Source: Zootoca vivipara
Lineage: Eukaryota
Assembly (NCBI RefSeq): GCF_963506605.1
Contig: NC_083279.1
Span: 59,954,001-60,018,000 of the forward strand
Length of the DNA: 64,000 nt
Direction: 5' to 3'
Shown here piece by piece: positions 25,701 to 38,959 of this stretch. A model generated the notes under the pieces. That model saw only the letters and a program-made list of their open reading frames with translations, made no database searches and was not told the DNA's origin. A program made the position numbers and the translations under genes. Position 1 is the first letter of the stretch; every line of letters starts with the position of its first letter.

Positions 25701-26849
25701 TAATTATTGTACAGATGAGATTTTTGTTTCTACAGAAACACCATATTGGCTGTATCCTTCACTGATTGCTTAATTTGAAAAAAAAATACAATGCAAATAG
25801 CATACAACAGAAGCAAATTCTTGGCATCTTTAATTATTTTTAGATGTTACATTTGTCATCGCCCCCTTTCCCCAAAGCCGTTTCATACAAAAGTACAGTA
25901 TCAAAAAGCTGCAAAGAAACAATCATCAGACATTTTTACAATGTATTGTCTATTACACTATTATTCCCATATAGCCTCTGGGTGAAAAGATACCTGATCT
26001 TCTGGAATAAAACCAAACCAAACAAAACATAAAGCTTTAGTAGCACAATAAAACACCATGCCCCACATTTAGGCCTTTCAAATGTATGTGGATTGTTTAG
26101 ATACTGTTAGCTCTTTTTGGAGGAAGCAGATTGGGGAAACCTGTGGCCCTGAAAATATTGTTGGACTCCATCTCCCATCAGCCCTAGTCAGCATGTCAAT
26201 GGTCGGGGATGATGGGAGGTGTAGTCCAATGTCATCTTGAAGTTGACAGGTTCCTCACCCCTGCTCTAAGTTTTGTAACTGATTGGAGGGTAAGGGAATG
26301 GATCAGCTGGTTTGGGGCAGCCCATCATTACCAGATGAGGGAAGGGAAAGATAGTTTCCTCACCATTCTCCAATTTCAGTTGTTATTTTTTAGCATTCAT
26401 TTATTGAACACATGTGCATACTCAGCAGTGGGAAGGCACAGACAAGTGTGGATATTTTGATATGTACTCATCTACTAATGCTATCTTTGAACAGGCCATA
26501 CAAGTCTACATATGTATTCGGGCCATACAATTTGTCCCTGTCATTACATTCTGGACCTCCCTCGGTGGTGAGGATCCTGGTTGGCTGCCTCACTCCAATG
26601 ACAGTGAGGCTGTACAGCCAATGATATGGCTGTAGCGGCATAGTGGTGGTGGGGGGGTGCAAGAGGAGTAGCTACACTATCTGGTAGGCTGACCAAACTG
26701 ACTCAGCTTGCTCCCCTGCACTTGCCACCCACTAGTCAAGCCCTTCCAGTGTGGAAGATGGACTGAAATGACTACCAGGACAGTATTGGATTTCTGTATT
26801 TTAATGTTTTGTTGGAAGCCGCCCAGAGTGGCTGGGGGAACCCAGTCAG

Positions 26850-26905
<56 letters not shown>

Positions 26906-27323
26906 TTATTAATTATACCCCGCCCATCTGGCTGGGCTTCCCCAGCCACTCTGGGTGGCTTCCAACTGAATATTAAAAACAGTACAGCATCAGACATTAA
27001 AAACTTCCCTAAACAGGGCTGCCTTCAGTTGTCTTCTAAAAGTAAAACAATTGCTTATTGTCTTGACATCTGCTGGGAGGGCGTTCCACAGGGCGGGTGC
27101 CACTACCGAGAAAGCCCTCTGTCTGGTTCCCTGCAACCTCACCTCTCGCAATGAGGGAACCGCCAGAAGGCCCTCGGTGCTGGATCTCAGTGTCCGGGCT
27201 GAATGATGGGGGTGGAGATGCTCCTTCAGGTATACAGGACCGAGGCCGTTTAGGGCTTTAAAGGTCAGTACCAACACTTTGAACTGTGCTCGGAAACGTA
27301 CTGGGAGGCAGTGTAGATCTCTC

Positions 27324-28750
27324 ATAGCATCATAGAATCATAGAATCATAGAGTTGGAAGAGACCACAAGGGCCATCCAGTCCAACCCCCTGCCAAGCAG
27401 GAAACACCATCAAAGCATTCTTGACATATGCCTGTCAAGCCTCTGCTTAAAGACCTCCAAAGAAGGAGACTCCACCACACTCCTTGGTAGCAAATTCCAC
27501 TGCCTAACAGCTCTTACTGTCAGGAAGTTCTTCCTAATGTTTAGGTGGAATCTTCTTTCTTGTAGTTTGAATCCATTGCTCCGTGTCCGCTTCTCTGGAG
27601 CAGCAGAAAACAACCTTTCTCCCTCTTCCATATGACATCCTTTTATATATTTGAACATGGCTATCATATCACCCCTTAACCTTCTCTTCTCCAGGCTAAA
27701 CATACCCAGATCCCTAAGCCATTCCTCATAAGGCATCGTTTCCAGGCCTTTGACCATTTTGGTTGCCCTCTTCTGGACACGTTCCAGCTTGTCAGTATCC
27801 TTCTTGAACTGTGGTGCCCAGAACTGAACACAGTATTCCAGGTGAGGTCTGACCAGAGCGGAATACAGTGGTACTATTACTTCCCTTGATCTAGATGCTA
27901 TACTCCTATTGATGCAGCCCAGAATTGCATTGGCTTTTTTAGCTGCTGCATCACACTGTTGACTCATGTCAAGTTTGTGGTCTACCAAGACTCCTAGATC
28001 CTTTTCACATGTACTGCTCTGAAGCCAGGTGTCTCCCATCCTGTATTTGTGCCTTTCATTGTTTTTTTTGCCCAAGTGTAGTACTTTACATTTCTCCCTG
28101 TTAAAGTTCATCTTGTTTGCTTTGGCCCACTTGTCTAATCTGTTAAGGTCATTTTGAAGTGTGATCCTGTCCTCTGGGGTATTAGCCACCCCTCCCAATT
28201 TGGTGCCATCTGCAAACTTGCTCAGGATGCCCTCAGGCCCATCATCCAAGTCATTGATAAAGATGTTGAATAAGACTGGGCCCAAGACAGAACCCTGTGG
28301 CACCCCACTAGTCACTACTCTCCAGGATGAGGAGGAACCATTGATGAGCACCCTTTGGGTTTGTTCAGTCAGCCAGTTACAAATCCACTGAATGGTAGCA
28401 TCGTCTAGCCCGCATTTTACCAGCTTCTTTACAAGAATATCATGGGGCACCTTGTCAAAGGCCTTGCTGAAATCAAGATAGGCTACATCCACAGCGTTCC
28501 CTTCATCTACCAGGCTTGTAAAATGAGATCAAAAAATGAGATCAGATTAGTCTGACATGACTTTTAGTGATCACAGCATTTCTTTCTAGGTGCTCACAGA
28601 CCGTTTGTTTAATGATCTGCTCTAGAATCTTTCCTGGTATTGATGTCAGGCTGACTGGGCGGTAATTGTTTGGGTCCTCTCTTTTCCCCTTTTTGAAAAT
28701 AGGGACAACATTTGCCCTCCTCCAGTCTGCTGGAACTTCGCCTGTTCTCC
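27324..28750 (-). mobile_element. CR1 LINE, 5'-truncated, young
   Basis: 360-aa RT/C-terminal ORF and canonical (ATTCTATG)n 3' tail, seen as CATAGAAT repeats at 27324-27350. Confidence 0.97.
27410..28492 (-). pseudogene. CR1 ORF2 reverse transcriptase C-terminal part
   Basis: [42 protein letters not shown] and LEKRRLRGD. The catalytic FADD reads FADG and the N-terminus/endonuclease is missing. Confidence 0.95.
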
Positions 28751-31649
28751 AGGACCGGGGTTATGTGGTCCCGGCAGCCACTCCCAGTCACTAGTCTAGC
28801 TGCCACATTCTGGATTAATTGCAGTTTCCGGGTCACCTTCAAAGGTAGTCCCACGTAGAGCGCATTGCAGTAGTCCAAGCGAGAGATAACCAGAGCATGC
28901 ACCACTCTGGCGAGACAGTCCGCAGGCAGGTAGGGTCTCAGCCTGCGTACCAGATGGGCGGGCTATAAATAAAATATTATTATTATTATTATTCTTGCAA
29001 TGAGCTAGCACAGGTATAGCAGCAGCACTGGAGCCTGGTCTCCAGCAGAATATGTTGGGAATAAATGGGAAGAACCTGGAAGTGACAGAACAGAGTGTCA
29101 CACTATAGACAGCAAGTGACTGTTCCTGGCATAACAAGCTTACCACGACCGGCTGGACCATGTTGTAACTTTTTAAACCAATTTTTATGCAGATTCTCCC
29201 CATGTCCCTGTAGCAGACTCAAAACATCATTCCTTGCCTATACTGTAGTCTGAAACAGTATAATCATCTACCTTCCGAGTCTACCATTTCATTCTGCCTT
29301 ATGAGTATCTTCAATCCATCCAAGCAGAATGTATTTTTCTAATAAAATGGGTATCAGTATACAGTCATTACTACAGAAAATCTGTCTTAACACTTGCGTT
29401 TTAATAGCATGTGCATAATTATAAACTTGCAACAGTCCATACTTCAATCTATGCATACAATTTTGAATATAAATTTCTTTTCTTTTTTATTAATTCTAAT
29501 AACAGCCCAAGTTTAGCATCTTGGGCATTCTTTTTGAGAAGTGATTGAAGATCTGAATAAAATAGTTTTTCTAAGGTCCTTAAATTAATAAAGGAGATAA
29601 TGATTAATTAGGCATGCTGTTCAATTTGTGTTTTTCTTAGTAATCTAAAATTCAGGTAGAATTAGTGCTAGGATAAAAGGTTAATAAATAAAACATTATT
29701 AAAGTTTATAAAACTCTTCTTAAATCAGAAGCTTCAGCAAGCTGCAGTGCCCCCAGTGTAATGCGGCTTTTTTGTAAATTGCTCCCCTTTGGCAAAAAAT
29801 CAATAAAATACAAAATTCTCTAATTAGCTGGAAACTCAGACTAAGTGCCCTTTCTTTTCAAATTTCAAATCATTAGAAAGGTGGGGGGAAGCCTGGAGAA
29901 ATGAACTCAGCAGAAAAAAGCAATATGTAGATCATAAGATTTTTTAAAATATATATAAAAACTATTAATTAATTGACTGCCTGCACAAAGATTGTTCATC
30001 AAAGCACGCTGCTATGGTCAGCCTTCCTGAGAAAGATTTCTCTAGGGATTGGGTTGCCGGTTTGCTTCAGAGGATGCTCAAAGCATATACTTCTGTTGAA
30101 TATGCCCACATTATTCTTGCTTCAGTGGTGGCTGTTCATCCACAAACCAGCAAGCAGCATCTGGATTAAAGATTACTGCCATCCTGTTGCTCCACAAAAC
30201 TTTGTTGCTGGCTGGATCAACTTAAGGCAGTCAGGCTCGTCTGAGTGTTTTGAACAGACAATCCTACCTTTAGATGTCCATCTGCTCAGGCACATGAAGG
30301 TCAACACAATGGGTGAATGCCTGGAACTAATTCAAGGAACCTCGATTATTCTGTCAAACGTGTTAGATGTTCTTCTACAGCATTGTTGTGGTGCCCCCGC
30401 TACCCTAAATCTGCCTCTGGACCTTGGAACATCATAGATGGCCAGAGACCGAGATTTCCTAAACGGGAGATGGAGGTATTGAGGATTGGTTGTGCATTTG
30501 GCAGAACCCAAAGGCATTTGGCTCTTGATATTTTAAGTGAAGTTATTATACCTGTGCTAGCTCTTTGCAAGGATTTGCTAGGCTTGACTGGTGTTCCTCC
30601 TCAAAGTTTGATGGAGCCTATGGCCTTGCTGATTCTGCAGTGGGCTGAAGAAAGATAGGTAAACTGTGGTTAGAGCTGGAAGGATCTGTCAATTTTAGTT
30701 TTCTCGGTTCTCATACTGCCAGTTTAAAATTCAGTTCTGCATAGTTGTAATTCTGTAGCAATTCACATTTTAAAAAATCCTCATGAAAATGATTCAGCAT
30801 TTTATTGAAAATTGCTCCTAATAAATACATTTTTGTGCACATCATAGCAAACAATTTCTCCTGGCATTTTTGTACGTCATTTTTAGTACTCTATCATTTT
30901 TTTATGCATGTTGTACCCTATCATGTATATTTTTATAAACATTCTTTGGTTGGAGAACTGCATCACAAAATTAAGAGAAGTACAATTTTCGAGGATGCTT
31001 GTGTTTCAGTTCCTATATTGTTTCATAAATTGCAAAACTGAAAAAAAGGGCTTTAAATACAAAGTGAATAAAATTCTCCCCTTTTCCTAATTGTTAATAA
31101 ACCAGGACCAACCCATTACTGATAGAGTTGGCTTTACATTTTAAAAGAAACGAATTCTAGTATAGCATAAAAACTGCAAATTTACATTTGTACTGGGGGA
31201 GGGGGAATACGAACTTCTCAGCAACAACTTTTCCATAAATCTTGTGTTTTATGGTCAGAATGTACAACTTGAAGCTGAAATTCTGTTGTGTAACATAGTT
31301 ATGGAGTAGAGAATCTATATGTTAATTGTTCAAGAATATCTTCTTTTGATAGTTGTTGTAAGCTGATGTATTTGTTTTGCATCTCACTGTAGGGTTTTGG
31401 CACAGCTGGAGTAAACAGAAGTCAGTATCCAATGGGGAGCTTGAGGCCACAATGTTCCTAGTTCATTTTGTAAACAGTTTAGCACATAATGCCTTAAATT
31501 AGCTAGTTGTCTTTTTCTCCAGATTTTTCCTCTCAGATTTCGTTTTGAAGGCATAATTTTTATTTTATGTTAACGCTCTCTATTTCTCAGTAACATAACA
31601 AGATATTCCAATACTGTGCAGAAAGTTGTTTTACACCACTTGGAATGTA

Positions 31650-32023
31650 AAAAGGTAAAGGTGAAGGTACCCCTGACCGTTAGGTCTAGTCACGGACGAC
31701 TCTGGGGTGGTGCACTCATCTCGCTCTATAGGCCGAGGGAGCCGGTGTTTGTCCGCAGACAGTTTTTTGGGGGTCATGTGGCCACCATGACCTAAGCTGC
31801 TTCTGGCAAAACCAGAGCAGTGCACAGAAACACCATTTACCTTCCCGCCGGAGCGGTACCTATTTATGTACTTGCACTTTGGCGTGATTTTTGATCTGCT
31901 AGGTTGGCAGGAACAGAGGCTGAGCAACAGGAGCTCGCTCCGTCATGGGGATTCGAACTGCCGACCTTCTAATGAGCAAGCCCTAGGCTCTGTGGTTTAA
32001 CCCACAGCACCAACCACGTCCCT
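31650..32023 (-). mobile_element. Sauria SINE, full length
   Basis: (ACCTTT)n tail, B box GGTTCGAATCCC-like head and 14-bp TSD CCACTTGGAATGTA (31636-31649, 32024-32037). Confidence 0.92.
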
Positions 32024-32117
32024 CCACTTGGAATGTACCTTCATGCAAAAAAGAAGAAGAGAGAGTAAGTAACAATGTGTGTATAGGCAAATGCTGAGAA
32101 TGATACATTTCTTTAAA

Positions 32118-32350
32118 AAGCCAGTGTTGTGTACTGATTTGAGTGTGAGACTAGGACCTGGGAGACCAGTATTCAATTCCCCAACTCAGCCATGAAGCTC
32201 ACTGGATGACCCTGCAACAGGCAGACCTCTTAGTGTAACCTACCTCATACAGTTGTTGTGGGATTTTAATAAGGAAGGGGAAGACCATGTGCATCACCTT
32301 GGGCTCCTTGGATAAAAAAAGTGGGATACAAATGCAATAATAAATTAAAT
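32118..32350 (+). mobile_element. Old CORE SINE (MIR/Squam3A-like)
   Basis: AGCCAGTGT head, TTCAATTCCC B box, CORE AACCTACCTCA.AG.TTGTTGTG and TAAA tail. Related fragments at ~44470-44600 and 62620-62775. Confidence 0.6.
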
Positions 32351-32609
32351 AAACGTACTCAAGAGTGGTTCTCATAAAAAAAACCACTGGCTGACAATGG
32401 CTTCATGAAGTGGCCTATCTCTTTGTCTGTTCTTTACTCTATAATATGGGAGACAGCCCCCCCCCCCAAGGCAGGGAGGCAATAGTGTATTGAAGCCTCA
32501 CCTCTCAGCTTCTATCGGATTCATAATCTAATGATGGATTGATGCCTTAGCAAAGTAACAGCTCAGCAAAGATTCCCTATTCTGCCTTTTGTTATTACTT
32601 TAGGAATAC

Positions 32610-32645
32610 TCCATTCATGTCTGTATATCCATTCATGTCTGTATA
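32610..32645. repeat. Perfect 18-bp tandem duplication
   Basis: TCCATTCATGTCTGTATA x2. Confidence 0.9.
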
Positions 32646-34268
32646 TTAGTTGTTCCCATCTAGAAAAAGGGTATCAATGTGGTTTGGCCTCAGCAGCTGC
32701 CTGGTCTAAAGAAGGATTTTGAAACACTTTGAACATTGAAATTGCTATCTATATGGTAAGTAATGGCAAGAGCCACAACAACACCATTCTCGCCCCTGAA
32801 ATCCAATATATTTGCCATTATTTTAAAGTGCCCTTTTTACACACAACAACGGCAACAACGAGTTTATTGTCAGTGTGCCATGCAGTATATATTTTAAAAG
32901 TTTCCAGAGAATTATGTTATAGTTTAAAGGAAGGAGCAAATAGGGCAGCTGGCAAGCAGCGCATATCTTGTGTGCTGCAATTCTCAATGAGATGATAGTT
33001 ATTCACCGCCAGCTGTTCGCAGTGCAGCAATGACTGTGGACCAATTGACCAGGGATTATTGCTTCTTCCCTACTTAAGGTGAAGTGTTTTCATATTCTAT
33101 CACTATCCCTGATGAAGGGCCATGTGGGGAACAGTGGCAAGTGTTGCATAATAAAAAACCTTCCCAACTAGCACTGCCTTTTTAATTGACCTATATGCTG
33201 ATCCAGTCTTGAAACCGGTCAGGAATATGACTCTGGCTGTTCCAGCGGTGACGCTCTTTTTAAGCATATCAACCTTTCAAATTAAGTTGACATGCAGAAG
33301 TTGGATGCTTTTTAGCTTGGCTGGCAGAAAGGGCTACGGAAGGTTACAGATGATGAGAAATGTTGTTCCTGCATCCCATGTCACACGTGCTTTGAGTGCT
33401 GCAGGCTATTGGTGAGCTGCACTCTCTCCCCCAGCCCTATAACTTTGTATATATTCTTACGTCAATTATAACCTGGATTTAAGTTGATTTAGCACCATTG
33501 ATTTGAACAGGTGTTAATTATTTCAAAACCGCATGTTAGGTTTAATATTGTCATCTGACCTCCACTAACCAACAGGAACAGTTTCATGGATTAACACTTA
33601 TCCTGTGTGAATGTGAAATAGTTGGACTAAAGGCCATGAGGTTTCCTTGCAAATCCGTAGGACCAACCCAGAGTAGAACCAGACCTCCAGAATTGAGGCA
33701 TGCTCATGTGGATTCTGGTGGAGTTTGGGACATTTTGGCAGGAACTGGGATATGTAAGACAAGAAAGAGAAGTTAGCAGCTGAAGAATGAGGCTGGGAAG
33801 CAGCAGAGACCTAAATTGTTGGGGAAGGCAAACTATTGTGTGATGGGAACAGCGGATGCTGATTTATACCAAGTCAGATTATTTCACTGGGTATTGTCTG
33901 CACTGACTGGCAACAGTTGTCCAGGGTTTCAGATGGTGGGCATTCCCAGCCCTACCTAGAGATGCCAGCACCCCATGTCACACACGCTACAAGGATACTG
34001 GAACCAGTATCCTTTTTCTTGCAAATCAGATGCTGATGCTGTACCACTGAGCTGTGGCCATTCCCCTTGTCAAATTCATGGGAATGTGTTGTCACAGGTC
34101 CTTTGTAGGTTTTGAAATTTTGGGCAATTCAGCCAGTCAATTGTGTGGATTGTTTCAATCTTGTGTACCCTTGTTGCTTCCACCTCTGCCCAAGCTGTGC
34201 TCAGCTTTGCATGCAGTACAAATGCTGGATGGGTACAAGACACTAGACAGATTGCACAAGTCAGACGT

Positions 34269-34499
34269 GTTGTTGTTTAGTCGTTTAGTCGTGTCCGACT
34301 CTTCGTGACCCCATGGACCATAGCACGCCAGGCACTCCTGTCTTGCACTGCCTCCCGCAGTTTGGTCAAACTCATGTTCGTAGCTTCGAGAACACTGTCC
34401 AACCATCTCGTCCTCTGTCGTCCCCTTCTCCTAGTGCCCTCAATCTTTCCCAACATCAGAGTCTTTTCCAAGGATTCTTCTCTTCTCATGAGGTGGCCA
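34269..34499 (-). mobile_element. RTE-BovB 3' fragment
   Basis: ORF MRREESLEKTLMLGKIEGTRRRGRQRTRWLD...VHGVTKSRTRLND, (CAA)n tail and 11-bp TSD AAGTCAGACGT (34258-34268, 34500-34510). Confidence 0.95.
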
Positions 34500-37400
34500 A
34501 AGTCAGACGTATTAAAGAGATTACTGTATGCTCACTGAAACTGAAGTCTTTTTACCATTCTGGATTTCACAGTGTGCACATAGAAAGACACTTACCTGTA
34601 GCTATATCTCTAGCTGCAGGTTTATAATCCGAATCTAATTACATAGTTTTCAAAATTAATTTATGCTGTTGTTTATAACAAATATAAGGCTAGCAATCAA
34701 ACATTATATTACTTCTAATAAAAGTATTCTTTTATAATAGGAAATTTGGATGGATTGTTGTGAGTTACCATCAGGACCAATTCTGCAATTCTGCCCCTAG
34801 GCAGAGTACTGATGCTCTGAAGTGAACAGTGATGGTGAGGAATTGGAGGGGACAGAGGTGTGAGCTATGTGGCTCAAGATGCACTTTCTAAGCTAGCCTG
34901 TAGCCCTTAGGTGTGGTGATGGATGCTCAATTGCAAAGCATATGATTTGCATGCAGAAAGTCCTTGGTTCAATCTCCAGCTTCTCCAGGTAGGACTGGGA
35001 AAGACCCTTTCCTGAAACCCCAGAGATCCAGCTGCCTGTAAGTGTAGACGTTGCTAAACTTGGTGGACCAGAGGTCTGAATTACTTTAAGGCAGCTTCCT
35101 TTGTCCTTTGGCCGGCGTTGAAGTAAGATTTAATTCTCAGTCTGCTCAGCTTTCTATGTGGTGAAGGGAGAGCACCAACTTATCATTTGCCTCAGGCAGC
35201 AAACTGTCTTGGACAAGCTTTAGTCACCATATTGTTGCTACTAACAGTGTCCTAAATCTCAAGCAAGAAAACCAATGCCATTGCAATAGATCTGGAACTT
35301 ATACGCCACAATAATCTTTTCCAGAGCTGGTTCCTCATTCACAATAACAGAAGCAAAGTAAGAAGAATCGCAGCGTAGCAATCTATCAGTAGAAAAAATT
35401 ACTAAGCAATAATCACAAAAAAGACATTCCAAAGATGAATTCAAACCAATAAAGCTTCATCCCAACTGTATTAAATGCAAAAGGAAAATCTGATTAGAAT
35501 AGTATTAAAGTAGCAGTTAAGAGTCACTACACATCAGGATATGAGCAAGTTGAATTTCCACCTGCCGTACTAACTCATATGTATTAAACATTCTTTATAG
35601 TTTGCTGGGCATTTTGCAATAACAATAATTTATTAAAGGCACATTTAACTTAAAAAATGGGATCCATCTGAAATTTATCCACGCTATCAGCGCCTGTTCT
35701 CATCTCCTGTTCCAACAATTCTCTGTACGCCACAGCATTATATAAGCAAAACATTATTTGAAATTTATTTCTAATAAAGGTAGAATTCTACTCTAAAACA
35801 TTAATTGAAATTCGAGTGCTGTGGGACACCATAACTGTATATTTGACTTGGGTCATTTTAAAGATAAAGTATGCATTTCCTATTTGTAATTGCACTTCAA
35901 AATCTGTATGTCAGGTATTGATATCTAAGTACAGTACCAGAACTCAGGTCTAAGGTCACTGGATTGGATCAAGTGGACATCCTGAAATCCACAGGCTCTC
36001 TGCAGACCTTATCCTACATCCAAGGAGCCCCTGACCTAATTTCAAAGGCCCTCTGCAAGCTATCAGTTGAGTCCTGTGGCAAGAGGAATTTATCCCTTTC
36101 CTTACAGCCCACTGGATGGGAGGTGGGAAGAGAAAGAAAGGGAAAAGGAGTGGCAGAAGGAGATAATTGTGGTTCTGTGGTTTTGCTCCTTTCCGCTGCT
36201 GGCTTTGGCACCATCTGCTGCCAGCATGTGACCCCACCCCCTCCAGTGGAATATGGATCTTGACAGACAAAAGCTCTACCTCAGTCTAAAGATTTCCTTC
36301 CTCTAACAGAAGGAGTCATTCTGTTAGATGAAATCAACCTTTGGATCTAAGCAGAGATCTATTCCTTCTTCTACTTGTCACAGGTAGCGCTGTTTCCGAT
36401 CCACTGCAGCTTGCCACCTGCCGTGGCAAAACTGAATAGTTTATGTAAATTATGTTGTCATTGCATTCTTCTACCCCATTCATTTCAATGCAAAGGAAAT
36501 ATGGTTGTAAACAATATTTTATATCATTATGATACCAGCACTATATAAATATTTTTGTAAACAAACAAATAGATTAAACAAAATGCAAATGAGGTGAAAT
36601 GGTAATCAAGTAACTGAAAACAAAAGTAACAATGAATACTGATCATATTAACTGGATTGATTTTTGCTCCACACATGGGAAGAATAAGCCAACACCAGTA
36701 GTTTTTGCTCCTGTTTCTCTTTTTATTGGAATTCTCTGTCATTGCTAGATCTAACTCATACCATCAAATTTCCTAGTAGGCATTGGAAGCAGTTTCCCCC
36801 CTCATTACATAGATATCTTTCCTTCTCAATGCTCCTTGAAACCTGAGGGGATCCTGCACTGGCATTTTGACTGATGATAGTATGACATAGACAGGACCTT
36901 TTCAGTAGTCTTGGGTACTTTTTCCTAAAATAATCATGCCCCCCACCTTTCCTAGTTTTTAAACATTTATGCTAGTTCTTGTAGAAAAGAGCTTTGAGTT
37001 GAGTTTTACACAGCTGCTTTGTATAGCTTTTGTAATTAGATCATCTTATTTGTCTTTTAGAAAAGTTTTCTTATTGTGAGCTATCTTTTCCAAAGCATCC
37101 AAATATGCTTTTAGGAACTGGGGGAAAATGCTGAGAATCTTAGCTGTGTATTAAAAGCAGAGAATATGTATGTACTGCGTACATTTGGGGAATAACTTCC
37201 CTGCCAGAACTTACTAAGTTTTGCCTGCTTTGCAGTTGGTCTGGCTATGGCTCCTCTTCTATAGCTGATGGTATGTGTGCATGATGAGTCGTATTATAGC
37301 TATTTTATTAAATAGGGATAACTATAGGCCATCACCTTGAAAACCCTGAGCAGAAATTCAGGACTCTCTCATTCTGCCAGAAATCCATAAAACTAATAAA

Positions 37401-37846
37401 AGCTAAGACGCCTTTTATACAATGAAAAAGTAACAATAAAAATCACAGCCAAATCATAAACCCCAAGTGTCCCTATGTGCTACCCTTGAAGAAAATCTGT
37501 AAAAGCCAATCATTTAAATATTAAATCAGTTATAGCTAACAGTCTTTTGTCTCCTAATACCGGCACCATTTTGAATCATTTCTTGTCTTCTGCTGGCAAA
37601 ATCTGCTAGCGGTTATGTAGCACCAACATACATTGATGTTTGCCTCATTGATCATTTTTGTTCCAGGAAAACAAAGGAGTAATCAATCCTCCATATCACC
37701 TCTTTCACAGGGTCACAGATAACAGGGGGTACTATAAATATTCTCCATTGTTCGACTCCCATCCCACCTCCACCCTGACAATGTGCAGAATCTTTTCCCA
37801 AGGTTCTTCCAATGGCATCCCAGTTCTTTGGACAATGATGCAGTCC

Positions 37847-38118
37847 AAAATGTCCATCAACCTAGATGGCTTTTAAAAAAGGATTAGACAAAGTCATGGA
37901 AGAGAGGGCTATCAAAAGCTCCTAGCCATGTTGCTATGCTCTTCCTTCATAGTCAAAGGCAGTAGTATATCTGAATCCCAGTTGCTGGAAACCACAGGAA
38001 GGGAGAGTGCTCTTGTGCTCAAATCCTGCTTTAGGGATTTCTACGGGCACCTGTGAGAATAGGATGCTGGGCTAGATGGGCCATTGGCCTGATCCAGCAG
38101 GTTCGCCTTATGTTCTTA
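37847..38118 (+). mobile_element. Old CR1 3' end
   Basis: GGATTAGACAAA.TCATGGA.GA.AGGGCTATC ... GGGCTAGATGGGCCATTGGCCTGATCCAGCAGG..CTTATGTTCTTA terminus. Confidence 0.75.
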
Positions 38119-38176
38119 CAAAGCCCAGAGCTTCCCTAGCCCAGCAGAGAGAAAGTAGCCAGGGAAGTGAGGGCTC

Positions 38177-38771
38177 TGTCATGGTTGAGCCGGACGAGGA
38201 GGAGTGGTGGCAAGCCCCCCCCCCCCGGGAGGATGCCCCCATGGGAGAATCTGGGGGAAATGAAGGTCTTCATACCTGGAGAAGACTGGTGGTGGCACTC
38301 CTCAGAAGAGGAAGAATCAGATAGGGAAGAGGGAAGACCAGAACAGGAGGAGGAAGGAGTTGAGGCAGAATCAGGCCCTTGTGAGGAGAGGAGCCAGCGG
38401 GCCCCCTACCCTCCTCCCTTCTCAGCTGTAGAGCATAGAGCAGAGAAACGGATGGAACAATTGGAGGCAGCTGCAGCTCGTAAGAGGCGTGGTGAGGAGC
38501 CGGCTACATAAGGAAGGCTGGCTGCTCCCTTCGCCAGCACTTGACTTGCAACTGCTGTGCTGAAGCGCGTGGTTGTCCTTGCTCATCCTGTTTCTGAATC
38601 CAGTGTTCCTGACTTCGGCTTTTCCTGACTCCTGGTACTGATACCTGACCTCGGCTGGTTCCTGACTCAGACTGCTCCTGACTTCAGCTTCTCCTAACCT
38701 GGACTGTGGACCTAGGCTCCCTCTGCATCCAACTGCTGCCTTCAGTGCGGCAACCTATTGGCGCCCTAACA
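38177..38771 (+). mobile_element. Solo LTR (595 bp; probably Ty3/Gypsy), family A
   Basis: TGT...ACA termini, perfect 5-bp TSD GGCTC (38172-38176, 38772-38776) and internal CCTGAC(T/C)TC(G/A)GCT repeats. Orientation is inferred from the ORF. Confidence 0.88.
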
Positions 38772-38959
38772 GGCTCCTCCAGAAGTCCTATTTTTTTTAG
38801 CATTCTTCATGATTTGCTTGCACGGAGTTTACAGAGCAGTTATAGTAGGTCTGGTCTTTACTGAGCATTCATTCTGATTTGTTCACAGGGTGTTTTCACA
38901 TCTTCCCATTCATCATTTATTCATCCATCCAACACTTTTACAGTTCACTTCCCCGTCAC

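Larger units (their letters stand above)
26852..28955 (-). mobile_element. L2 LINE 3' fragment (26852-27323 + 28750-28955) with (AAT)n tail, interrupted by CR1
   Basis: ORF 28609-28905 (SRLDYCNALYVGLP...DHITPVL) continues in ORF 26990-27325 (RDLHCLPVRFRAQFK...) once the CR1 is removed. Confidence 0.92.
26790..28993 (+). mobile_element. Plus-strand L2 3' end split in two (26790-26851 and 28951-28993) by nested insertions
   Basis: ...CCCAGTCAGAT and CAGATGGGCGGGCTATAAATAAAAT(ATT)n rejoin into the reverse complement of the L2 3' end seen at 26905-26965. Confidence 0.75.

Noticed and set aside
26677-27154. Poly-Leu / poly-Asn ORFs
   Set aside because: Translation of the (AAT)n L2 tail. The poly-Thr ORF at 44749-45015 is likewise (TAC)n.
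29973-30658. Two overlapping plus ORFs (154 and 113 aa) considered as an endogenous bornavirus L fragment
   Set aside because: No convincing motif match. The first part looks more like a degenerate LINE C-terminus (LFIKAR, VEYAHIIL), and 30388-30419 resembles a hAT MITE end, so the region is probably a repeat mosaic. A BLASTX would settle it.
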